A DNA stretch of 64,000 nucleotides from Minisyncoccota bacterium (lineage in GTDB: Bacteria; Patescibacteriota; Minisyncoccia; Phycocordibacterales; UBA2100): the NCBI GenBank assembly GCA_035708165.1, contig DASSSZ010000001.1, positions 230,884 to 294,883 on the forward strand, given 5' to 3'. This document shows, one piece after another, positions 1 to 8,480 of this stretch; position 1 is the first letter of the stretch; each line of letters begins with the position of its first letter. The notes beneath the pieces were generated by a model, which saw only the letters and a list, made by a program, of their open reading frames with translations, searched no databases and was not told where the DNA came from. Made by a program: the position numbers and the translations under genes.

Positions 1-2797
1 GCGCCGCGACGACGCCGACCGCCTCGCCGAGATCCACGAGCTCGCCCGTCGAGAGATCGTTGCCGTAGCACAGCTGGCAGACGCCGCGCAGCGTCCGGCA
101 CGTCATCGGGGAGCGGATCACTGCCGAGGAGATGTGCGCCGCTTCGATCGCTTGCGCGTCGTCATGGCTCACGAGGTGGCCTTTCTTGAAGGCCGTCTCC
201 CCCGCCGTGAGCTCCTCGACGAGCGTGCGGCCGGCGATCTGGTCGGCCGCGAGTCCTGCGCCCGCCTCGCGCTCGGCGATGCTGACGCCCTCCTTCGTGC
301 CGCAGTCGTGCTCGAGGATGATGACATCCTGCGCCACATCGAAGAGGCGGCGCGTGAGGTAGCCGGCCTTCGCCGTGTTGAGCGCGGTGTCGGCCATGCC
401 CTTGCGGGCGCCGTGGGTCGAGATGAAGTACTCGATCGGCGTCATGCCCTCCTTCATCGAAGCGATGATCGGGAAATCGATCGTCTCGCCGCGCGGGTTC
501 GCGATCATGCCCTTCATGCCGGCCATCTGGTTCAGCTGGCCGAGCGAGCCGCGGGCGCCGGAGACGATCATGTTATGCACGGAGCTCGTCGGGACCATCT
601 GCGAAGCCAGCTTCTCCTGGATCTTGGCCTTCACGCCTTCCCAGATCTCGATCGTGAGGCGCTTGCGCTCATCCTCCGTGAGGAGGCCCTCCTCATACTG
701 CTCCCAGAGATGCTTCACCGCTTCCTGGCCCTCGGCCACGAGCGTCTGCTTCTCAGCAGGGACGACCACGTCCGAGAAGCTCCAGGTGATGCCGGCGACA
801 GTCGAGTACTTGAAGCCGAACGCCTTGATCTTATCGAGGATCGCCGGGATGCCCGAGAGGCCGTAGCGCTTCACGAGCTCGTTGATGAGGCGGCCCATGC
901 GCTTCTTGGTCATCTCGTCGTTGATGTACGGGAAGTCGTTCGGCAGGACCGTGTTGAAGAGGAGCCGGCCGACCGTCGTCTCGAACGGCTTGCCCTCGTA
1001 CTGCGCGTACTTCGGGTTGTCCGACGGCAGGAGAAGGATCTTCGCGCGCAGGTCCACGTCGCCGAAGTCGTGCGCGGTGATCGCGATGTTCGTGGACGGG
1101 AATGCCTTGCCCTCGCCCTTCGCGCCCTCGATGACTTGCGTCATCCAGTAGCAGCCGAGGATGATGTCCTGGCTGGGGCCGGTGACGACCTCGCCCGAAC
1201 CGGGCTTGAGCACGTTCTTGTTGGCCGACATGATCTCGCGCGCCTCCATCTGCGCCTGCTCGGAGAGCGGCACGTGGACCGAGACGGTGTCGCCGTCGAA
1301 GTCGGCGTTGTAGGCGGCACAGACCAAGGGGTGCATCTGGATCGCCGAGCCCTCGATGAGGGTCGGGCGGAAGGCCTGGAAGCTGAGGCGATGCAGCGTC
1401 GGGGCGCGGTTGAGGAGCACGTACTTGCCCTCGATCACCTCCTCGAGGATCGCCCACACCTCCGGGACGCCGTCCTCGATGAGGCGGCCGGCGCCGCGGA
1501 TGTTGAACGCAAGCTCGCGCTCAAGGAGCCCATGGATGACGAACGGGCGGAAGAGCTCGAGCGCCATGTGCTTCGGGAGCCCGCACTCGTCGAGCGCGAG
1601 ATCCGGACCGACGACAATGACCGAGCGGCCCGAGTAGTCCACGCGCTTGCCGAGGAGGTTCTGGCGGAAGTAGCCCTGCTTGCCCTTGAGGTAGTCGGCG
1701 AGCGACTTCAGCGGGCGGCGGCGTCCGCCGAGGATGCCCGAGGTGCCGCCTCCGCGGCGCATCGAGTTGTCGAGGAGCGCGTCCACTGCTTCCTGCAGGA
1801 TGCGCTTCTCGTTGCGCAGGATCACTTCCGGCGCATGGATCGCCATGAGCTTCTTCAGGCGGTTATTGCGGTTGATGACGCGGCGATAGAGGTCGTTGAG
1901 ATCCGAGCTCGCGTGACGGCCGCCTTCGAGGGCGACCATGGGCCGCAGCGCCGGCGGGACGACCGGCAGCACGGTCATGAACATCCACTCCGGACGCACG
2001 TCCGCCTTCAGCATGCTCTGCGCGAGCGCGATGCGCTTGCGGAGCTTCTCGCGGTCGACGGCGTTCGCGTCCTCGTACTGCTTCTGGAGCGCCTCGATGA
2101 AGGCCGCGAGGTCGAGATTCTTGAGGATGTCATAGAGTGCTTCCGCGCCGATCGCCGCCTCGAACATGGCGCCGTAGCGCACGGCGAACGTGTGGTACGC
2201 CGCTTCATCGAGGACGACGCCTTCCTTGATGGACTCGATGTCGCGCTTGGCTGCGGTCGCGAGCTCCTTGAGCCGCGTCTTCTCCTTAGCGTCGATGGCG
2301 GCCTTCACCTTCATCTGGAGCTCGTTCTCGAGCTCCCGGAGGAGGCGCTGCTTCTCGCTATCGTCCACCTTCGTGACGATGTAGCTCGCGAAGTAGACGA
2401 CCTTCTCGACGTCCGTCGCCGAGAGCCCCATGAGGAGCGCGATCCTGCTCGGGATGCCGCGCAGGAACCAGATGTGCGAGACCGGCGTCGCCAGCTCGAT
2501 GTGGCCCATGCGCTCGCGGCGCACGATGGCGCGCGTCACTTCGACGCCGCACTTCTCGCACTCGATGCCCTTGAAGCGGATGCCGCGGTACTTGCCGCAG
2601 TAGCACTCGTAGTCCTTCTCCGGACCGAAGATCTTCTCGTCGAAGAGGCCGTTCTTCTCCGGGCGCTGCGTGCGGTAGTTGATGGTCTCAGGCTTCGTGA
2701 CCTCGCCGTGGCTCCACTCGAGGATGCGCTCCGGGGACGCGAGGCTGACCAGCAGCTTGTCGAACGTCTGCGGGATGATGTCTGCGTGTTTCTTCAT
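1..2797 (-). CDS. rpoC: DNA-directed RNA polymerase subunit beta-prime, N-terminal ~930 aa (C-terminus lies beyond window start)
   Basis: Minus-strand translation from ATG at 2795-2797 gives MKKHADIIPQTFDKLLVSLASPERILEWSHGEVTKPETINYRTQRPEKNGLFDEKIFGPEKDYECYCGKYRGIRFKGIECEKCGVEV..IELATPVSHIWFL (beta-prime zinc finger and N-terminal clamp motifs). The listed plus-strand ORF 134..2815 is its antisense shadow. The start follows the rpoB TAA stop by 1 nt. Confidence 0.93.
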   Translation of the reverse strand, partial: MKKHADIIPQTFDKLLVSLASPERILEWSHGEVTKPETINYRTQRPEKNGLFDEKIFGPEKDYECYCGKYRGIRFKGIECEKCGVEVTRAIVRRERMGHIELATPVSHIWFLRGIPSRIALLMGLSATDVEKVVYFASYIVTKVDDSEKQRLLRELENELQMKVKAAIDAKEKTRLKELATAAKRDIESIKEGVVLDEAAYHTFAVRYGAMFEAAIGAEALYDILKNLDLAAFIEALQKQYEDANAVDREKLRKRIALAQSMLKADVRPEWMFMTVLPVVPPALRPMVALEGGRHASSDLNDLYRRVINRNNRLKKLMAIHAPEVILRNEKRILQEAVDALLDNSMRRGGGTSGILGGRRRPLKSLADYLKGKQGYFRQNLLGKRVDYSGRSVIVVGPDLALDECGLPKHMALELFRPFVIHGLLERELAFNIRGAGRLIEDGVPEVWAILEEVIEGKYVLLNRAPTLHRLSFQAFRPTLIEGSAIQMHPLVCAAYNADFDGDTVSVHVPLSEQAQMEAREIMSANKNVLKPGSGEVVTGPSQDIILGCYWMTQVIEGAKGEGKAFPSTNIAITAHDFGDVDLRAKILLLPSDNPKYAQYEGKPFETTVGRLLFNTVLPNDFPYINDEMTKKRMGRLINELVKRYGLSGIPAILDKIKAFGFKYSTVAGITWSFSDVVVPAEKQTLVAEGQEAVKHLWEQYEEGLLTEDERKRLTIEIWEGVKAKIQEKLASQMVPTSSVHNMIVSGARGSLGQLNQMAGMKGMIANPRGETIDFPIIASMKEGMTPIEYFISTHGARKGMADTALNTAKAGYLTRRLFDVAQDVIILEHDCGTKEGVSIAEREAGAGLAADQIAGRTLVEELTAGETAFKKGHLVSHDDAQAIEAAHISSAVIRSPMTCRTLRGVCQLCYGNDLSTGELVDLGEAVGVVAA

Positions 2798-2798
2798 A

Positions 2799-5700
2799 TT
2801 AGTAGAGGGAGTTAGCTGCCGACTCGTCGCCCTGGGCGCCGTCGAAGTGGATATCGATCCCGAGGCCGCGCAGGTGCCGGACCACGACGTTGAACGTCGC
2901 CGGCGTGTTGCTCTCGGTGATGCGCTTGCCGGAGACGATCGCATCGAACGCGGCAGAGCGGCCGAGGATGTCGTCGGACTTGATGGTGAGGATCTCGCGG
3001 AGCGTGTGCGCCGCGCCGTAGCCGAGGAAGGCCCAGACCTCCATCTCGCCGACGCGCTGGCCGCCCGACTGCGCCTTGCCGCCCAGCGGCTGCTGCGTGG
3101 TGAGCGAGTACGGGCCGATCGAGCGCATGTGGATCTTATCCTCGACCATGTGGTGGAGCTTCAGCATGTACATCATGCCGACGGCGATCGGCTGGCCGAA
3201 GCTCTCGCCGGTGCGGCCGTCGAAGAGCTCCTGCTTGCCGCTCTCGGCGAAGCCGGCCTTCACGAGCTCCTCGCGGATCTCCTCCTCGGAGGCGCCGGCG
3301 AAGCTCGGGACCACCGCCTGGTAGCCCAGGGCGTCTGCCGCGAGCCCGAGGTGGAACTCGAGGATCTGGCCGAGGTTCATGCGGGACGGCACGCCGAGAG
3401 GCGTCAGGATCATGTCGATCGGGTTGCCGTCCTTATCGAACGGCATGTCCTCCTCCGGCAGGATGCGGGAGATGACGCCCTTGTTGCCGTGGCGGCCGGC
3501 GAGCTTGTCGCCCACCGAGATGGTGCGCAGCTCGGCGACTTCCACGTGCACGCGCTTGATGACGCCGCTCTCGAGCTGGTCGCCGTTCTCGCGGCTGAAC
3601 ACCTTCACGCCGACCACGCGGCCGCGCTTGCCGGCGTCCATGCGCAGGCTGGTGTCCTTCACGTCCTTCGCCTTCTCGCCGAAGATCGAGTGCAGGAGGC
3701 GCTCTTCCGGCGTCAGCTGCGTCTCGCCCTTCGGGGTCACCTTGCCGACGAGGATATCGCCGGGGCGGACCTCCGCGCCGATGCGGACGATGCCGTCCTC
3801 ATCGAGGTTGCGGAGCTTGAACTCCGAGACGTTCGGGATGTCGTGGGTGGTGAGCTCTGGCCCGAGCTTGGTGTCGCGCACGACGCACTCGAACTCCTCC
3901 ATGTAGATGGAGGTGAAGCGCGCCTCCTTCGCGAGCCGCTCGGAGATGATGATGGCGTCCTCGTAGTTGTTGCCGGCCCAGGACATGAACGCGATGCGCA
4001 CGTTCTGGCCGATCGCGAGCTGGCCGTTCTCGGACGTCGAGCAGTCCGCCAGCACGTCGCCGCGGGAGACCTTCTCCCCCATCGAGACAGCCGGGCGCTG
4101 GTGCAGGACCGTCGAGTCGTTGCTGCGGGCGAAGTTCACGAGCGGGTACTCGATCGCCGTGCCCTTGGCGTTGGTGACGATGACCTTCTTCGCGTCCACG
4201 GCCGTCACGGTGCCTGCCTCCTTTGCAAGCACGAGGCGGCCCGAGTCGCGGGCGGTCGCCTCCTCGACGCCGGTCGCGACGAGCGGGGCCGACGGCAGCA
4301 CGCACGGCACTGCCTGCTTCTGCATGTTCGAGCCCATGAGGGCGCGGTTGGCGTCATCGTGCTCGATGAACGGGATGAGCGCGGTCGCCACGGAGAACGG
4401 CTGGTTGGTCGCCACCTCCATGAAGTCCACCTCCTCGCGCGATACGAGGATCGGCTCGCCTTCCTTGCGCACCTCCACCTGCTCGACCGTGATGCGGCCG
4501 GCGGCGTCGCGCGGGGTGCCGGCGTGCGCGATCGCGTAGCGCTCCTCGTCGAGCGCGTTCATGTAGGCGATCTCGCTCGTGATGACGCCGTTCTTGACCT
4601 TCGCGTACGGCGTCTCGATGATGCCGAACTCGTTCGGGCGCGCGTAGAGCGCCATGCGCAGCACGAGGCCGATGTTCTTTCCTTCCGGCGTGTGGATCGG
4701 GCACGCGCGGCCGTAGTGGCTCGAGTGCACGTCGCGTACCTCGAGCCCGGCGCGCTCGCTCGAGAGGCCGCCCTGGCCGAGCGTCGAGAGCGTGCGCAGG
4801 TTCTCGATCTCGCCCAGCGTGTTGTGCTGCTCCATGAGCTGCGAGAGCTGATTGCTCGTGAAGAACTCCTTGACCGCGGCCTGGAACGGGCGCGGGTTGA
4901 TGCAGGAGACCGGGAGCACCGTCTCGATGTCCATCGTGGACATGCGATCCTGCGTGTTGCGCTTCATGCGGCTCATGCCGATGCGCATGCGCGCGGCGAT
5001 GAGCTCGCCGACGAAGCGGACGCGGCGGTAGCCCAGGTGGTCGATGTCATCCGGCTCTGCGTCCGGCTTCGCGTTCTGCGCGATGATGTGCGCGACGATC
5101 GCCATCATGTCATCCACGGTGAGCGTCCCCTTGCCCGTGATGCCCGCCTCGCTGGTGTCCCAGCCGAAGCGGCGGTTGATCGTGTAGCGGCCGACCTTCG
5201 AGAGGTCGTAGCGCTCGGACGAGAGCATGCCCTCGACGTATGCGCGCGCCGTCTCCGGCGTGGTGACGTCGCCGTCGCGCAGCCGGCGGTAGATCTCGAG
5301 CGCGCTCTCCTGCGCGTTCGTCGCGGTGTCGTGCGCGAGGCTCGCCTTGAGCGCATCCTCGCCGCCTTCGATCGCCTTGAAGCGCTTCTCGATCTCCTTC
5401 TCGTCGGTGAGTCCCATGACGCGCAGGAGGTCCGTGACCGGGAACTTGCGCTTACGGTCGATCTTCACGGAGATGCCGCCGTCCGGGTCGGACTCCACCT
5501 CGATCCACACGCCGCGCTGCGGGATCACCTTCGCCGCGAAGTATCCGACGCCCTTGTAGGGCACGGCGTCGAAGAAGACGCCGTAGCTCCTCGTGAGCTG
5601 CGGGACGATGACGCGCTCGACGCCGTTGATGATGAACGTGCCGTGGTCGGTCATCCACGGGAAATTCGCGAGGAAGATCTCCTGCTCCTTCTCTTCGCCG

Positions 5701-6002
5701 GTGATCTTGTTCTTGAGCTTCGCCACCATCGTGAGCGGCGCCTCGAAGGTGAGCATCTTCTTCTTCGCGTAGTGCTCGTCGTACGCGGGCTTGCCGTACG
5801 TGAACTTGCTGAGCGTGAGCTCGAACTTCTTATTCGAATAGTCGGTGATCGGGGTGAACTCCTTGAACACCTCAGCCGAACCTTCCTCGATGAGCCAGCG
5901 GAAGGATTCGAGCTGCGGCTCCACGAGGTTCGGGAGCTCGACCAGCGGCTGCTGGTATTTGCCGAAGAATTTCTGTTCCCGGCGCGCGGTCTTCTTTGCC
6001 AT
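2799..6002 (-). CDS. rpoB: DNA-directed RNA polymerase subunit beta (short form, 1067 aa)
   Basis: ORF-track protein carries the hallmark GDKLAGRHGNKGVISRILPEEDMPF and NIGLVLRMALYARPNEFG motifs. ATG at 6000-6002, TAA stop at 2799-2801, directly upstream of rpoC. Confidence 0.97.
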   Translation of the reverse strand: MAKKTARREQKFFGKYQQPLVELPNLVEPQLESFRWLIEEGSAEVFKEFTPITDYSNKKFELTLSKFTYGKPAYDEHYAKKKMLTFEAPLTMVAKLKNKITGEEKEQEIFLANFPWMTDHGTFIINGVERVIVPQLTRSYGVFFDAVPYKGVGYFAAKVIPQRGVWIEVESDPDGGISVKIDRKRKFPVTDLLRVMGLTDEKEIEKRFKAIEGGEDALKASLAHDTATNAQESALEIYRRLRDGDVTTPETARAYVEGMLSSERYDLSKVGRYTINRRFGWDTSEAGITGKGTLTVDDMMAIVAHIIAQNAKPDAEPDDIDHLGYRRVRFVGELIAARMRIGMSRMKRNTQDRMSTMDIETVLPVSCINPRPFQAAVKEFFTSNQLSQLMEQHNTLGEIENLRTLSTLGQGGLSSERAGLEVRDVHSSHYGRACPIHTPEGKNIGLVLRMALYARPNEFGIIETPYAKVKNGVITSEIAYMNALDEERYAIAHAGTPRDAAGRITVEQVEVRKEGEPILVSREEVDFMEVATNQPFSVATALIPFIEHDDANRALMGSNMQKQAVPCVLPSAPLVATGVEEATARDSGRLVLAKEAGTVTAVDAKKVIVTNAKGTAIEYPLVNFARSNDSTVLHQRPAVSMGEKVSRGDVLADCSTSENGQLAIGQNVRIAFMSWAGNNYEDAIIISERLAKEARFTSIYMEEFECVVRDTKLGPELTTHDIPNVSEFKLRNLDEDGIVRIGAEVRPGDILVGKVTPKGETQLTPEERLLHSIFGEKAKDVKDTSLRMDAGKRGRVVGVKVFSRENGDQLESGVIKRVHVEVAELRTISVGDKLAGRHGNKGVISRILPEEDMPFDKDGNPIDMILTPLGVPSRMNLGQILEFHLGLAADALGYQAVVPSFAGASEEEIREELVKAGFAESGKQELFDGRTGESFGQPIAVGMMYMLKLHHMVEDKIHMRSIGPYSLTTQQPLGGKAQSGGQRVGEMEVWAFLGYGAAHTLREILTIKSDDILGRSAAFDAIVSGKRITESNTPATFNVVVRHLRGLGIDIHFDGAQGDESAANSLY

Positions 6003-6236
6003 AGCGTGCTACGGACTAATGCCGAGCATCCCGGACGGACGGATGCTCGTCGCGTATAAATAGTCGCCCGGAACGAACCTGAGCGAGGATTTACTTTTAC
6101 GGGAAATGCGCAACCGGGACTCAATCAGGCACGCAAAAGTATGCGAGTACTGTACCGCGCGCAAAGGGGTGCGTCAAGCTAACCAGTACAGTATCCGGAT
6201 CGCTGGTGAAGAGAAGATGAAGCGTACAAATAGTCA

Positions 6237-6264
6237 GCGGGACCCGATCGAATCGGGTCCCGCC
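6237..6264. terminator. strong GC hairpin (12-bp stem GCGGGACCCGAT/ATCGGGTCCCGC, loop CGAA) followed by CTTTTCGCC on the plus strand
   Basis: Seen directly in the noncoding stretch upstream of rpoB. The plus-strand T-run suggests an intrinsic terminator for an unannotated plus-strand transcript; orientation is ambiguous. Confidence 0.4.
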
Positions 6265-6327
6265 TTTTCGCCGCATTTTGCCCCCCAGAAGGATGGAAAA
6301 TGGCAAATATGCAGATTGGGTCGTTAC

Positions 6328-6534
6328 TCAGTCGCCGGAGACAGCCATGTTCGCTGCGATGCACCTGAGATCGACGATGCTCGGGTTGAGTCTGCGCTCA
6401 CCGCACCGCCGGTCCATCGCCTGCATGACCGTAATCATGCCCGCCCGTTCCAGGGCGCCCTCGCTGTGCAACCGCCCCAGTTCGTATTCGTACTGGCTGC
6501 TGCGCTGCGGCACTGATGACGATTTCTTCCCCAA
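6328..6534 (-). CDS. hypothetical small protein (68 aa), TTG start preceded by AGGAGG
   Basis: AGGAGGAAAGA-TTG context and high GC3 consistent with coding, but no recognisable homology. Lies in the 660-nt leader upstream of rpoB. Confidence 0.25.
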   Translation of the reverse strand: MGKKSSSVPQRSSQYEYELGRLHSEGALERAGMITVMQAMDRRCGERRLNPSIVDLRCIAANMAVSGD

Positions 6535-6665
6535 TCTTTCCTCCTATGAGACTCCGCACGAGCGGAGTGAGAAAAACAGATCAATCCTGCATGCCTTTGG
6601 CCTTCATGGCATGCACCTGACCCGTTTTCGACGATACACCCTCCAGTGCTGTAGCGTCAAATGAA

Positions 6666-7400
6666 TTATGCACCGTCCTGCGGACGGGATGTACGCTTCA
6701 CGGATGCGCGCTTCGAGGCATTCTTCTTCGCGGTCTCGAGCCTGCCGCCGCGCCATTCCTCGAGGAGCGCATGGTGCCCGGAGAGGAGCACGGGCGGCAC
6801 GCGATGCCGCTTCCCCTTCCACGTGAGGATCTCAGGCCGCGTGTAGACGTCCGGCGAAGCGGTCCGTTCGTCTTCCCTGCTCTCGTTCTTGCCGAGGACG
6901 CCATTCACGTAGCGTGCAGCGGCATCGATGACGATGCCTGCGGCAAGCTCGCCGCCGGTCAGGACGTACGGGCCGACGGATACCGCCTTCGCCTTGAGGA
7001 TCTTCGGGACGCGCGCGTCGATCCCCTCATAGCGCCCGCACAAGAGCACCACGTGCTTCGCGCGGGCGAGCTCCTTCGCCATGCCGGCATCGAACTGCGC
7101 GCCTGAGGGCGAGAAGAAGAGCACGGTGACATCCTTCTTGCGGCCGATCGCCTTCTCTGCCGCCTTCAGCACCGGCTCGGGAGCGAGCACCATGCCCGGA
7201 CCGCCGCCGTACGGCCGGCGATCCACGCGCTCCCAGTGCTTCCCGCGCGTCGCGCCCTTCGCCGTGTCCGCGACGAAATCGCGCGGGTTGTAGTATGAGA
7301 CCGCGATCTTCTTGTCGTCCTGAGCGCGCCCGAGGATGGACGACTCGAAGTACGCCGCGATCGCCTCGGGGAAGAGCGTGATGATATGGAAATGGGTCAT
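6666..7400 (-). CDS. trmD: tRNA (guanine37-N1)-methyltransferase
   Basis: MTHFHIITLFPEAIAAYFESSILGRAQDDKKIAVSYYNPRDF...RPYGGGPGMVL..LLCGRYEGIDARV matches the TrmD SPOUT fold signature. Confidence 0.95.
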   Translation of the reverse strand: MTHFHIITLFPEAIAAYFESSILGRAQDDKKIAVSYYNPRDFVADTAKGATRGKHWERVDRRPYGGGPGMVLAPEPVLKAAEKAIGRKKDVTVLFFSPSGAQFDAGMAKELARAKHVVLLCGRYEGIDARVPKILKAKAVSVGPYVLTGGELAAGIVIDAAARYVNGVLGKNESREDERTASPDVYTRPEILTWKGKRHRVPPVLLSGHHALLEEWRGGRLETAKKNASKRASVKRTSRPQDGA

Positions 7401-7420
7401 GATCGGGAGGCGATGCGCAT

Positions 7421-7460
7421 ATCCATTTTAATTGCAATTTTAATTGCAATTAAAATGGAT
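7421..7460. promoter_or_regulatory. perfect AT-rich inverted repeat ATCCATTTTAATTGCAATT-tt-AATTGCAATTAAAATGGAT
   Basis: 19-bp perfect arms with a 2-nt spacer, about 90% AT in a ~65% GC genome. Sits 20 nt upstream of the trmD ATG, in the slot where rimM normally lies; followed on the plus strand by GTGCTTTTTCC. Confidence 0.5.
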
Positions 7461-7531
7461 AGTGCTTTTTCCGGCGAGCTGCCGTGCGGCATTGCTGGCA
7501 CCCCGCCAGGGTCGGCCTCAGGCTGCCGTGG

Positions 7532-7846
7532 CTATGCGTCGAGATCCGCGAGGACATCGTCGACCGTGCGGTCGCGCGCAGGCTCGCTCGCCCGCATGCC
7601 GCCTTCCGGCTCGTTGATCTTGAGGTTCACGCGCGCGTCGTTCTTCATGCCGACGACGCGCAGGAGGGTGCGGATCGCCTTGGCGGTCGCGCCGGAACGC
7701 CCGATGATCTTGCCCATGTCGTCGGCATTGACGGTGAGGGTGAGGAGCACGCCCATCTCGTCGATCGTGCGCGTGATCGCGACGTCGTCCGGATGATCCA
7801 CCAGGGATTTGACTACGTATTCAAGGAAGGTCTGATCTCGTTCCAT
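7532..7846 (-). CDS. KH-domain RNA-binding protein (YlqC/UPF0109-like)
   Basis: 104 aa with VGKIIGRSGATAKAIRTLL (KH GXXG loop). Canonical position between rpsP and trmD. Confidence 0.8.
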   Translation of the reverse strand: MERDQTFLEYVVKSLVDHPDDVAITRTIDEMGVLLTLTVNADDMGKIIGRSGATAKAIRTLLRVVGMKNDARVNLKINEPEGGMRASEPARDRTVDDVLADLDA

Positions 7847-7937
7847 GGCTGTCGTTGCTATCGGTATCAGTAGTAAGGCGCACGCTGCTTCCTCATGCTA
7901 GCGTGCGCTCGCTGCGGGCGCAAATGAGAGCAGCGGA

Positions 7938-8354
7938 TTACGCGGCGGTCTCGTCGGTCGCCGGAGCCTCTTCGGCTGCGGGAGCCTCTTCGGCAGCTGG
8001 CGCTTCCTCGGCTTCAGGCGCGGGAGCCTCGGCTGCCGGCTCTGCCGGAGCGGCTTCCTCGGCCGGAGCCTCCTTCGCGATCGGCGTCTTCTTGGGGAGG
8101 ACGTTGATCTTCTCGCCCTTCACGATGCCGGCGGACACGAGCATGTTATGCACGGTGTCGGACGTCTTCGCACCCTTGCTCATCCAGTACGTGATGCGCT
8201 CCGCATCGAGCTGGCGCTCCTTCGTCTTCGGGTTGTACGAGCCCACGCGCTCGAGGAAGTTGCCCGTCTTCGGGCTCCTGGTGTGCTCGGCGACGACCAC
8301 GCGGAAGGCGGGGTCGTTCTTGCGGCCGGTGCGCTGCATGCGGATCTTCAACAT
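7938..8354 (-). CDS. rpsP: 30S ribosomal protein S16 with C-terminal Ala/Glu/Pro low-complexity tail
   Basis: Internal start MLKIRMQRTGRKNDPAFRVVVAEHTRSPKTGNFLERVGSYNPKT is the S16 N-terminus. The upstream 66 aa of the track ORF are read-through. The tail is AEEAAPAEPAAEAPAPEAEEAPAAEEAP. Confidence 0.93.
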   Translation of the reverse strand: MLKIRMQRTGRKNDPAFRVVVAEHTRSPKTGNFLERVGSYNPKTKERQLDAERITYWMSKGAKTSDTVHNMLVSAGIVKGEKINVLPKKTPIAKEAPAEEAAPAEPAAEAPAPEAEEAPAAEEAPAAEEAPATDETAA

Positions 8355-8480
8355 ATGTGGCGGTACTCTACCAGAAGCGCGCCGCGGGGTCAACGAGGGG
8401 CGATCCGCCCGCGGCGGCGGCGGCATCCAGCCGGCAGTCCCGTTTCGACTTCGCTGCCGTTGTGTTGTATAGTCGCTGTG

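Noticed and set aside
134-2815. 893-aa plus-strand ORF (and the nested 375..866 and 882..1151 ORFs)
   Set aside because: Antisense shadow of rpoC. The minus strand translates to an unmistakable beta-prime N-terminus, while the plus-strand product is low-complexity Arg/Leu/Ala-rich with no homology.
2679-6059. 1126-aa plus-strand ORF overlapping rpoB
   Set aside because: Antisense shadow ORF typical of high-GC DNA; rpoB on the minus strand carries all conserved motifs.
6106-6516. 136-aa plus-strand ORF in the rpoB upstream region
   Set aside because: Reads straight through the 6237..6264 GC hairpin and the T-run; composition is atypical and there is no homology.
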